Source of the DNA: Camelus dromedarius
Taxonomy: Eukaryota
Direction of reading: 5' to 3'
DNA: 64,000 nt
Assembly (NCBI RefSeq): GCF_036321535.1
Contig: NC_087438.1
Span: 3,350,001 to 3,414,000, forward strand
This document shows, one piece after another, positions 49,990 through 62,174 of the stretch (the first letter of the stretch is position 1; each line of letters opens with the position of its first letter). A program made the position numbers and the translations under genes. A model generated the notes under the pieces. That model searched no databases, was not told the DNA's origin, and saw nothing but the letters and a program-made list of their open reading frames with translations.

Positions 49990-51745
49990 ACTGCCTCCAC
50001 AGATTGATAAACCCCAAGCCATTTATTTAGTCTCTAGGTGCCTGGATGAAGCAAATGCAAATCTTTGTTATTAAATTGCAGAGGAATGCAATTTAATAAC
50101 AAACCTCAAAGCAATTTTACAGATGAAATTCCAAGGAATGAGAGTGTGCAATGAAAAAAATAGCTACACTTGTGAGTAAACAAGTCACTGTAATTAAATA
50201 TCAGCAGGAATAACAATCTATGGAATTGACCTGTACAGATTAGAGTTTCGAGAATTATTAGGTATAGTTTATAAAACAAATATTTCACATGTACTTTAAA
50301 ACATAATGCATACATTTGAGAGTATGCTGAAGGGAAAACAAATCAACAGTATTTCCCCAGACAGATTTGTAAAATTAGAAATACAATGAATGGGTTAAAC
50401 AAATGAGTAGATACAGGTGAAGAGAGAATTAACCATTATCTTGTTACCCTCCTTCTTCCAGTGAACTGGAAGATAAATCTTTAGAGACACAAAGAGATGC
50501 AAAATGTGTGAGGGGTGAAGAGACATGTAGAACAGAGAATAGATACATTCAATGCTGAGCAGTAATTCCACAGAAGTAAGTAGCGGTAAGGAAAGAAGAA
50601 ATATTCAAAGGTAAAATTGCTGAGAATTTTCCAGAATTGATTTATTTAATTGTTCAGAGTCCAGGAACTTAGTCTTGAACAGGATTTAAAACAAAAAAAT
50701 TACATCTTAATTGCAAAAAAAGAAGCCAGAAGCCACTGGAAAATCAGCTTTAAAGTTTTTTTAAAAAGCCTATCAGGCTGGAATTCTATCCCCAGTGAAA
50801 CTGTGTTCCAAGCATGAGAATAAAATGAAAGCATATTTAGACAAAGAAAAACAGGAAGTGTACTACTACCAAATTTTCATTAAGGGAAATAACTTTCTTT
50901 GGGAAACAGAAACATTAATCCAGAAGGAAGATTCAAGATGCAGGAAAAAATGAGGAGGAAGAACAGATAAACACAGTATAACACGAATTCTACCTTAACC
51001 ATGTGAAACAATAGCAATACTCTCTAATGCTGAGATTGAACAATCAAGATAAAACTAAAATTCAGGACAAAAAAGGCAAATACGAGGGATTGTGTAGAGT
51101 TAAAGCATTCTAAAATCGTAATGTTCAGGAGGATAGTTAAGACATGTATTAACTTCAGGCTTTCTTAAATATTTCTGCTGTCTTAAGGTAAGGATTAGCA
51201 GGCTGGAAACAAAATTTCTAACTACTAAACTTTCTACCAAAAAAAAACAAATTAAGAGAAAATAATTCTCAATAAATCCCAAAGAAGAGAAAAAAAATTG
51301 TAATTTAAGGTTTTGAAGTTAAAGTAGTAAATCTATGTACGTGAAACTGAGAGGCAAAACAAACAAGGAGATTTTTAGGACTGTCGATGCGAGAGAAGAT
51401 GTTTAAATCACAGCAATGAAACAACGTAACGATTAAGGTAAGTTTCAACACTCTGGTGTGATCGTTTGGAAAAGAGTTAAGCATCCCCTTACTATGTAAT
51501 CCAACAATTCCACTTACAGTATTTACCCAGACAATTGAAGCATGTAGCCACACGAAAGCTTCTGGCAATTTCATGTAAAACAGTCAAAAACTGGAATCAA
51601 CTCAACATTTAACTGCAGGTGGATCGATAAATAAATCTATCTATTCAGCAGAATACTACTCAGCAACACAAATGCAGGAACCATTGGCGCACAGCAACAT
51701 CAACGAATCTTGAGATAATCATGCTGAGTAAAGAAGCCAGAAATG
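49990..51745 (+). mobile_element. Old L1 (L1M-type) ORF1 remnant followed by 3'-end pieces
   Basis: aatgggttaaac...agatacaggtgaagagagaatt; gaaatattcaaag...gctgagaattttccagaattga; tgtaatccaacaattccactt; aaaactggaatcaactcaac; atcatgctgagtaaagaagccag. Confidence 0.75.
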
Positions 51746-52954
51746 TTTCAGGAGTCCTTTGGGGGACGCAGCATGAGGGCGGGGACGTGCCCAGCCTTTT
51801 GACAGCAAAGAGAAGGACATTATGACAGTAGCGTAGGCGTGTGAGGGACTCAGCAGATCCTCCTTACAGGACGTGAGAGCTGAGTGTGTTGCTGACACAA
51901 GGAGTGGGGTGAGGGCAGAGGAAGTTGTGGGAGACCCAAAGAGAACTTAGATGCTTGATGGAGCAAGGAGCCGGAGGAAGCTGGCAGAGGAAGGGGACTG
52001 GCTTCCACAGCACCAGCGGAGGGAATGACAACGGCAGAGAGGAGGTTTGCTTGTCCTTCCAAGACCGGGGCTCACGGGGGGAGCGTGAAGCCAGTGACAC
52101 CTCCAGCAGTGCCTCCCCCGCTCCATCTCTGACGCGGGAGTGTGCCCTGAAGTGCCCCTGCGCAGAGACCTTCACACAAAGGTTCACGGTGCCCATCAGG
52201 AAAGTGAGAGGACCACCCCGGGAGCCGGGCTGCTGAACCAACCCAGCCCCCTGGCCTCATCAGTCCTGTGTTCTGGACCGTTCTGCTGAAGGCTGCTGGG
52301 GCCCTTATTCCTGAGATCCGGCCTCAAAGAGAAAAGCTGAAAGACATCTCTCTGGATTAGGTCCCAAATCAGAGCAGGGATCACCACTTTCCAAAAGCAG
52401 TTTGCTGTCAAAGTTCGGTGTTAAAACTGTCTGGCCAGCTTTCCGCCTCACTTGTAAGTATTAATGAGTGTTTTGCGTTTATTTTGCTTTGAAGTTGTTA
52501 AATGGAGATAGATCATTAGATTAACACATGCTGTACAAATAGTCCCCCATCCTCCAAGTCCCCCATGGAGAAGAAGAGGCGTCTGCAAATCTAATTTGAA
52601 AGATCAGCTTGAAGTGAAGCCGTGGCAAACTTCCCCGAGGCTGGCCGCTTTCTGGGTCCCTGACTCTGCGTTTGTGTCCTGAAATCATCTCAGCTGTGTG
52701 AGCCCCGCCACCAAGCTCAGGCCAATCCCCAGACACCCAAAAGGGAGTGTATTCAGTAGGCGCTCATACTTACACTCACACCTGTGAAACAAACGTGCAT
52801 TTCATGTGCAATCTATTCAATCAGAAAAGCCCCATGTGCTTGGACTGCAATCAAGTTATTATCAGTTTTTCTACGAGGTTCTAAAAAGAAGGACGTGGAA
52901 ATAAATACCAGGTGAAGGAAAAAGTAGGAGTTATCCACGGAGAATTTATCCCTC

Positions 52955-53485
52955 TGTCACTTCAAAAGTAGAAGGAAAAGGACCCCAGCTCTTGTTTTAC
53001 CCAGAAGATAAGGATTCAAATGGGAGATGGAGCGCTGTGTAGCAAGAGATTTTGAAGGATTTATTAGCAGAGGGGAAGCACGGGAGGCGGGCGGACCCAA
53101 GGGCAGAGAGCAATGGTCTGCTTGTCCCCTCTCTTACACCCTCACCTAGGGGTGGTCTCCTGGTTGATTGACGGCTCTTGTCCCTGGAGCCCTTAGTCAT
53201 GCTTTCCCTCTTTTACACATGTCCTTACCCATGATGCTCACAGGAAGACCCACGGGGGGACCTAAACCGCGATGCTGATTGTGTTACAGTGAGCACTGGG
53301 TCACGTCCGGTTAGGTCCTTGTCGCTACCACGCAGCCATGACTACTGGGTTCTAACTGGTTTCTTGCTGGTGCTCATTGAGAGGAAGTAAAGCCCCTTTA
53401 CGTGGGCATAACGCCATCTTCCAGACCCTCCTCCCTCTCCTCCGCCTTATCTGCCCGGTGCCCCCACTTATCTAACTACCTTACA
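52955..53485 (-). mobile_element. ERV-type solo LTR
   Basis: TGT...ACA termini, 531 bp, flanks CCTC/CTTC; tttatt near 53060 (AATAAA on minus strand). Confidence 0.65.
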
Positions 53486-54075
53486 CTTCAGCTCTTTAAT
53501 GAATCACTAATACTTTGGCATTTTGTAAGGTTTTCTTTAGAGACTCAGTGCAATAGATTATCACTAATAGATGACCTACAGGTCAAATGGTGAGCCTTGC
53601 GGACAAGCATGCGTGTTCTGCTTAATTTTGTTAATCGGTCCCCCATGCCTGAGAAACTTTATAACCCTCCTCATCTCTGCTGCTCGCTCCAGTCTGCCAC
53701 ACCCCAAGGAAGACGTCTGCAGCGCTGTCTTCTGGTGAACAAATATCACTGAGCATTTGCATTAAGCATTTAACACTAGTAGATGTTGCAAAAAAATACA
53801 AAACTGAACTAAGGAAAGAGTAAATAATGTGAAACTCCTATTTAATAGTTAAGGGCCAACCAGTCAATTCCAGCTGGTCATTTTGTGGGTTTAACAATTC
53901 AGGATAAAGAAACCCTTCATCATGGTTATCCTCAGATTTCTGGGTGGCTTGGGAAACAAGTGTCATTCCTTCAAACATGCTGCATTCATGAGCCGACTTC
54001 TGTCTGGCAATGCTCCACACTGAAAAATGACACCAAACTCACAATGACTTTAATTAGACTCTTCAAAATGGAGTT

Positions 54076-54220
54076 AATTTTTTTTAAATTTTTTTGCAGG
54101 GAGTAGGGGTAGGTAATTAGATTTATTTATTCATTTTTTTTTAAGTGGTGGTACTGGGGATTGACCCAGGACCTTGTGCATGCTAAGCACGCACTCTACC
54201 ACTGAGCTATACCCTCCCCC
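54076..54220 (-). mobile_element. tRNA-Ala-derived SINE (camelid Vic-1-like), with tail
   Basis: Minus strand reads ggggagggtatagctcagtggtagagtgcgtgcttagcatgcacaaggtcctgggtcaatccccagtacc, then taaataaatctaattacc and an A-rich tail. Confidence 0.88.
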
Positions 54221-56719
54221 CTATTTAAAAAATGATGTTCTCAGAGAAGTCTGAAATTTATTGACTTATGCCAAATAATTAAATTAAAGGAACCACGTTC
54301 AAGCTCAAAGGCTACAGTACAACAATAATCTGGGGTCAATGTGAATTCCAATTTTGGAAACTACTTTATTACATATATTCACTGAACAATGTGAAGTCCT
54401 TTTTACTCTAGAAACAAAAATAAAATTTTAAGACAGCTGTGAGCTTGGTACTAAAAACAAAAAAGTCATTCAGAAGGCAGAATTTGTACAGCAGAGTCTC
54501 CCATACGGGATAGTTATAAACCCAGGGACAGGGGCACAGATCACTCTATGAGTGTCACATCTGTTGAAAAGGGTACAGGCACCGTTGGAGGGGACACAGA
54601 AGATGAGGGGCCACAGTGCTCTAGATTTAACCCACTTGACAGACTGGGCAAACGGGAGCAGAAGCACGTTACAAAATTCTAGGAAAGGCCTATTGCAACA
54701 GACCATGTCCTAGACTGTAAGAACTCGGTCCTTACCAACAGACCGCAGCTCAGCCCTACTGCCGAGTTAAGGAAATTCTATAATTGCATGCTGACTCTGC
54801 AAATTCTTGAAAGTGGGGGGACCAGCCACCACAGGGCCAGGCTCCTGAGAAGAAAGGCATTTCCACAGATCATGTTTTCACAACCTCTTTTTCCTGCACC
54901 AAAAGGCATGTCATGTCCCAATGGGTGTCCTTGGGAACATTTCTTGCTCAAGTATGTGCTGTGGGAAATTGACAGTGATCAGAAATAGGAGATAAGACGG
55001 AAAAGGAAAAAAAGTCAGCGAGCTGACAAATGGTACACTCCTCCACCATGTCTTTTAATACTCCACAAATACGGAAGAACGTTCCAGAAAAAAAAAAAAT
55101 CCAGAGGGTCTGTATAGACAACCAGGGAAAGAATGGGCCCCACCAAGCATTTCCTGGCGCAGGACCCACTGGTCAGAGAACAGGGCTTTCTCCATCCACC
55201 CCTGCCCCCGGGGGTGAGTACCCAGGGGGGACATCTGGAGGTGTCCTGGGGCCGTGTCTCCACCACCCACCTGTCAGCTGCGTCTCTGTGCAGCACATTT
55301 AAAATGAACAGAGATAACTGAGATGCACAGAAGAAATGTGCCTTTCTTTCTGCTCTGAGTCTGAGTTCACCTTGTGCACAAGCTCTTGTTTTCCTTAGTT
55401 AATAGCAAGGACCACAGAAAACTCACACACAAGCAGGATGAATTCTCAGGTCGCAGACATCACAGAGCACAGCCCACAGGCTCCCGACCTCCTGTGAGCC
55501 CTGGGCTGGGGGCCGCCGTGGGGACTCCAGGAGACGGAAGCTCACCTGCAGACCGGGGCCACCTGGACTCCGGCACATCGGGGAGTTTGCCAGACGGCCC
55601 TGGTCTGCTGCGTCACCTGTGCAGGTGCACTTGGTGAGGGCACTTACTCTCGCTGGCCTTCCACTTCCAAGATCAGTTCTAGAAACTTGACTGTTCATTC
55701 AAGCCCGAGTGTCTGGGCTGCTGTGGCCTTTCCCCTCTCATGCTGTGAAGAGTGGGGCGTGTATTTAGACTCGCTCAGCGGGTGAACCATGAGCTGCCTT
55801 CCAGGCTAGATCGTGTCCCTCCTGTTTCCTGAACTTGACCCCTCATAGTGTCCACAGTCTCTGAGCCACTCCCTTACCTGCCTCCCAGGACATTCCAGAG
55901 ACAAGGCAGGTCCCCCACCTCCAAGCTGGTGCAAGAGTGAATATAGGGTGGTTTAAGGCCGTGTCTCCTGTGACCTGTGGACAGGCTTGTGTCAGAGGAC
56001 ACACCGCAGTCCTGGAAGGCGGGGTCAGGCAGCAGGCGGGGCCAAGTTCCACGGTTGATGGAAGGAGGCTGACACAGGTGCTGAGTGGAGAGCCAGGCTG
56101 GGGAGAAGGGGCGTCAGGGGAGGGCGTCCTGGAGATCCTGCTGGGCCACCTGGCGCCACTCCTGAGGGTGCTCAGAGGTCGGGCCACGCTTGCCCCGAGG
56201 ACGCAGCTGGGACGAAGCCCCTGCAGAGTGGTGTGCTCTGGTGGCAAGAGTGATGTCACTGACCAGTGATGCAACTGTCAAGAAGACGTGTGAAGTCACT
56301 GTCTGCTAGGACCATGGCCTGGCTTGGAGGCCCTCCTCCCACTGGACCCCCTAGTCTGCTCTGTGGGTGGCCGGAGCAGCAGGTGCTCTCCCATCCTGTG
56401 GGGCCGGGTGGCTACCTGCCTGCTCACTCCGGGCAGCGGTGGGTCTACCTACAAAACGCACACACAGTCTGGAAGGCTGTGGGTGGAAGGGCAAATTCAG
56501 TCCCCATTCAGGCACCTTTATTACTGGCAATAAATGGAACTTCCTTGATACAGACAAGATTGCAAAACTCATTGTCAAGTGGCTTGAAATAGAGACCATG
56601 AGAGGACAGGAACGTTAAGGGCCCTGGGTCAAGGACAGTCAGGGATTCCTCTGTCTCCTCAAATTCAACAGTATCAGATTACCTGACATCTGGCTGCCTG
56701 GGGAGGGCTGGAACGATCC

Positions 56720-56960
56720 CGGGGATGGAGGAGAGGTGCCTAGGGCTCCGGCAGGCTTGTGAGTACCAGCTGGATGGACCTCACCATCCAGCAGTGATGG
56801 TGAGTGGGAGTCAGAGGTCGACAGGGAAGAAAGGAGGGCTGAGGGAGGCCAAGCAGGGGCTGCTTTGGGGGAACCTGACCAGACCAGGGTCAGGGAGGAT
56901 GGGAACAGGCTGAGAGTTAAGGCAAATGATTTAGACTTGAGCCTGGGAGTCACCAGTCAG
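56720..56960 (-). mobile_element. Degraded LINE-2 fragment
   Basis: gggaggccaagcaggggctgct...cctgaccagaccagggtcagggaggatgggaacagg. Confidence 0.4.
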
Positions 56961-59900
56961 AAGCCTGGTGTTCTGATGGTGGTCATGCGTGCAGGGACTG
57001 GAGGCCAGCTAAAGGGTCTGGGTGAGACCACAGACACCCTCAGCGCTTAGCTCCTCTCACTGCCCTCAGCTAGAAGCTACGGCTGGGTAGCTTTCTCCCC
57101 GGTAAAGACAGTCCTCTCTTTTTACTGCCTCTCTCTTATCCCAAAGTTTATCACACACACATTTCCTTCACTTTGGAGCAAATTCTAGGACGGACATCCT
57201 CCTTTCCATGGGCTTCTAAGGAAACAGGTTAACCTGCACTGGCTGGGAAAGCGTAATCAAGTTTCTGTCCAGATCCTTATGAGCATGACAGGTGGCGGGA
57301 CTGGCCAGGGCTTCCTGCCGACCGCATCCATGCTGCTGTGGACCCTTTGACTTGGTGCCACGCTGGTGGCTGAATCTAGGGAGGGAGACTTTATTACAGC
57401 AGTGCAGACGTATCTTCTTGTAGGACTGTGAGCCCCAGTGTGTTGGCACTTGTATCAGAAACCCCCCATGGTGCTCAGAGCAGGAAGCAGACAACGGAAG
57501 GAGGAGAAGTTGGAGTCAGCGTAGGAACAGCCCAACCACCACTTCTTCAAAATCGCACAGCATCTCAAAGGGCAGAAACCGCCCCTTCGGGGCTGCCCTC
57601 TCCATCGGCCACCCGGCTCTCCTGTCAGCTGTGCCCCGGGCTCCGGTCTTCCGACGGGCCTTTGCTCTTAGCTTCCCCCTGTGTGCGCTCCTCCTCAGGC
57701 CCAGAGCCACGGCTGTCTCTCGGCTTTGGCACAGAAACCTTGCTCCATACCCTTATTGGTTAAAGCATTAAAGCGTTTTAAAGATTCCAAAGAGATTACT
57801 CCTGGTCCAGCGACACGGGAGGGAATGCATTTTGTGTACTGAGAAGAAGAGGTCAGGTAACGTTGCCCCAGCCGAGACACAGTATATGGGAAGGTCCCGG
57901 AGGTGAGGACGAGCATGAAAGTCACGTCAAAATACCGTCTTCTTCCTGTCAGCCCTCAAGCCAAAGATGGAACAGTCCTCCAGTGGCTGTCACATCACAT
58001 ATATATTCTTCCAAATTAAAAACCCTCTATAATCATAGAAAAGTATCAACTGCTATATTTACCTTCTCAAACTTCCTTTACAACATTATCTATGTAAAGC
58101 AACGCACATACATATTAAGGACAGATATTTACGCATCCACACACATGAAATGTAAATTCGGTGAAAATATTTAAAACATTGAAATTTTCCACTGTGGGGG
58201 TCTCGATTTCTTCACAACTATTAAAATAGCTGTTCTTTCATATTTTATTTTACATAAACTGTTCAAAGCTGCCTTGATCTGACGTCCGCGTGGCCCAGCT
58301 CTGAGCACTGGCGTCCCCTTGCCAGGTGCCCCCTGAGGTCCACCAGCCCCTGAAGATCTTTTCCTGGAATCTGATCATCCTTTCTGTCCTTCCAGTCCAT
58401 GTCTGCCCCAAGCATGACAAAGAAGAAATCCAAATCATTTAATATGTGGCAGACTTTGAATAGAAAGGCTTAAATCTGCTTCGTGTTCTAAAACACCATG
58501 TTTAGATTTTCCTCTCTGAGCTAACTGCCGAGCCTATGGATGAGGGAAAAGGCCCTGAGATTAGATGTCCACAGCTAATAAGCGTTCCACCTGGAGGACA
58601 GCTTCGCCCATGCCAGCTGCTCTGTCTCTGGGCAGGAAAACTGTGTCATTCTTCCAACAATTTGCATGCTGAAATCTTGTACTTTCCGCGTATGACTAGG
58701 GCAGTTTGGAGTGTTTCAGGACAGGCTGGAAGATAGCAGATCTTCTATTGCTGTCCAGGAGAGCAAGACTCATGGTTTTTTCCTGAGGTTTATTAACGGT
58801 AAAAGGAAACCTGAATGATGGTCTGTTCCATCATCCAGGCAACTAACAGGTATCGAACCCTGTGGCGTGCTGGCTACTCTGAGAGGGAGAGACGGCAGGG
58901 AGCAAGGCCTTCCAGGGGAAGGTGCTTCATCAACACGGCGCCCAGCAAATGCAGGATGAGATACCGGGCAGAGTGAGAGGGGCAGAGAACAAAGCCGGAT
59001 AAACAGGGAGGACGCAAGCAGCTGTTCTGGGAAAGGCGTCAGCGAGCAAACCTTCCGGCGTGAAAGGATCGGAGAATAGGAGGATGATGTTCCCCCAGAC
59101 TGAGCAATGGTGCTGTTTCCTACAAAGGGGCTCTTCTGTGTCTAAATTCATGCTTCACAGTCAGAATGTCTGTCCCTGCTAAGAGGGACCTGTCAAAGGT
59201 TTGAGGCAGATAAGAGTCTGAAAAAGCATAACCTGCATTTCCATCAATTCAATTTGCCTTCATTATTATACACGTAGTTCACTTCCAGGTACCAACTTGT
59301 GTTGAAGGAAGCTCTCAAATTTGTATACTTACCGCACTGGGTGTGGCTTAAAGCCTTCAGAGACACTCGCCAAATTCATCAGTTCTCTTGAGGGAACGGG
59401 TAGAGAAAGCCGGGGACTGAGAAGCTTTTATTTGTATTATTAAAAAGTAAAAATTGCGATCTCAAGTTTCCCAGAGATGTGATGGCTTAGTTGTCAGGGA
59501 TCGGTGGAAACTTTTGCAGTTTAGTGATTTTACAGCCCCATAGCAAATTTTGTTCATAAAAGCAGCCTTAATAATGCCACGATAAACACTCTGGTGTCTG
59601 TAAACCAGTAGCATGTGGTATTATTCGGAATTTTGTCATTTGGGAACTGGAATTTTTTTTCATCTCCTGGAGATAGAAGGAGACAGCTGAACACGAACGG
59701 CTCAATACGGAGTCGTGATGTTAACTTCTTGCCCGTGGCTCGGTTTCCCATTTGAATCTGACCCAGAGCACGAAGGGCAGCACAAACTGGTATTTGCAAC
59801 ATTGTAGACAAGATCCTTTATCTCTGAAAATCTACCCAGACTTTTCCCAGATACTTTTGCAAAGAGAAAGACTAGGTTCTCTTCCCCTCATAATTTTTGT

Positions 59901-60284
59901 GATTGAGTTGGGCAGTTTTTGCACTTATCCAAGTATTTACAAATGAGATGTGATATGGAAAAAATGAATCCAATTTGTCACATCAGATTTGCTGGGCAGT
60001 TCTTGGTCTTGGGTCTGCAGAAATGCTGAGCTCTGTTCAAGAGATGTAATCTTTATTCTGCAAGGATCAGTGCAACTATTTCCCATGTAAACCAACTGGA
60101 TTTGGAAGCAACATTTAAAGCAAAGGAAATCTTGACCGTCATACGGAATTCGGTCTTTACTGATGATACCGCCAACTATTTTTTCCATTTGTTTTATTTT
60201 TTTCAAAATAATTTGTGCTTCTTTTCATTTAAGTGCAATAAAATCCATTTAAGTTAAAGTGCTGTTGGTCTTATCTATCAATTT

Positions 60285-60410
60285 CTGCACTCCAGGCATT
60301 ATTCTAAGTTCTCTATAAATATTAACTTACTCTGTCCTCAAGTTGACCTTCTGGAGTAGCTTCTGTTTTTACCACATCCATTACACAGGTGGGAAAATGA
60401 AGTCTCCTGG
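60285..60410 (-). mobile_element. MIR fragment
   Basis: ccaggcattattctaagttctctataaatattaacttact...ccattacacaggtgggaaaatgaag. Confidence 0.65.
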
Positions 60411-61951
60411 AAGACAGGCATTCTCCATTTTATTATTTTACCTGACAAATATTTTAATTTTATTTTACATTAATTTAATAATTAAGTCAGTAATTCAGTT
60501 TTCCTTTGCAGTGCGTGTGTGCATTTAAGAGTACATGATTGAATTTTGCTTCCAAAACAAAGTCTAAGACTTTGTTTTATAATAAGCAAGTTTAATCTAG
60601 TGTGTACCGAGAATTTTTTTACATCTTCTATTGTCACACACTATGCCTTCTGATTTTCACTTTTCTGTTGCTATTCTCTGGGCTTTTTTCTGTTTACTCA
60701 AATCTCTCTAATTCTCTCTTCTCATGAATTCTTGTAATTTTTAACACCAGTATTTACTTCCAACTTTTCAAAAGGATTTTAGCTTAATCCTCTGATATTC
60801 AAAGTTACGAAGAAAACAGTACATGTTAATACCCTCATCTGCAGAACAGAATGTTTATTAATCTCATTTAGTCAAACATTCACATGCAAATACGTTTCCC
60901 TTTTCAATAATGGTCTTTGTTATTTTGCAAGGTCAGCAGCTGCCTAAATTCTCAGTTTACCTATTTCAGTGTTAAACACTACTCAGGTAATATCGGATCT
61001 CCAAATAATAAACGCGTAAGTATCTAGATCTTTCCAAAGCTTAAAAAAATCTGTATTCTTATGAGTTTCCAGGCAACATTAATGACTAAGTGCACAGCCA
61101 GCCACATCTTGAAAGTATACAAGGACAAAGATACGTGATGGGTCTGTGGGATCCAGGCTGAAGAGCCAAGCAGGCTACCAAGAAAATACGACTGAATTTG
61201 CCCCCGGGCTTCTCTCCGCTGCAGGAGCAAACACCAGCTCACAACCCAGCACGTGTGAAAGGAAAACAAATGCTGTGGTTTGGACATTCTCTTCCAAGTC
61301 AACTTTGTCATAACGTGGGGGAACAGAAATACCTTGTCAAACGTGCGCTGTTGGCCCGATGTCCCTCCCAATGACGGTCGGACTTGAGTTCAAATTCTTC
61401 CATTGCCTTCCCTGGGGACACTCGCTCCACAATGGCCTCCCATCCTTGTGGTGGTGTCAGGGGGACCTAGCGGGGTGCAGGGATTCTGTGCTGAGAGTTT
61501 AGATGACTGCCCCCAGCCCGCACACACGCGCAGCCACCGCTGTCACTCTGGTTGGGTGAGTGAGGAACTGAGGCCCAGAGCACTAGGTCAGCTGGAAAGA
61601 GCCTGAGGGAGGGTCTCAACCCAACAGTAAGGACAAAGGGTGATCCTGGGTGTGGAAGGAGGAAGTAGAAACAGCCCCTTGTGGACTGACTGCGTGATTA
61701 ATATTGAAAGATAAAGGGAATTGGGGGAAAATAAGGAAGACATTGGAAAAGAAGAAAACTGACTTTTATAAAAGGGGAGCAGGCGAGGAGAGCCATGGGG
61801 AGGTGAGATGCCTACTGCAGGTGCTGCGCTCGGAGGGGCCCAGGCCCGGCACAGAGATGACTGGCACCTGCCCACAGGCGACCCTGGGCCCCTGCCTGGA
61901 TGCACAGCGCACCTGGTCGCTACGCCTCCTGTGCTGCTCTTTGGACCAGTC

Positions 61952-62174
61952 AAATAAAATAGATAAACAGCAAGGACCTACTGTGGAGCACAGGAAACTA
62001 CATCCAATTTCTTGTAATAACATATAATGGAAAAGAAACTGAAAAGGAAACATATATGTGTTTGTATGCAGATAACTGAGTCACTTTGCTGCACACCTGA
62101 AACTAACATCATAATCAACTACCTCAACAAAGAAACTTTTTAAATAAAGAAGGCAAAAAAAAACCCAAAAAAAA
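61952..62174 (+). mobile_element. L1 3'UTR fragment with A-rich tail
   Basis: aaaatagataaacagcaaggacctactgtggagcacaggaaact...aactgagtcactttgctgcacacctgaaactaac. Confidence 0.88.
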
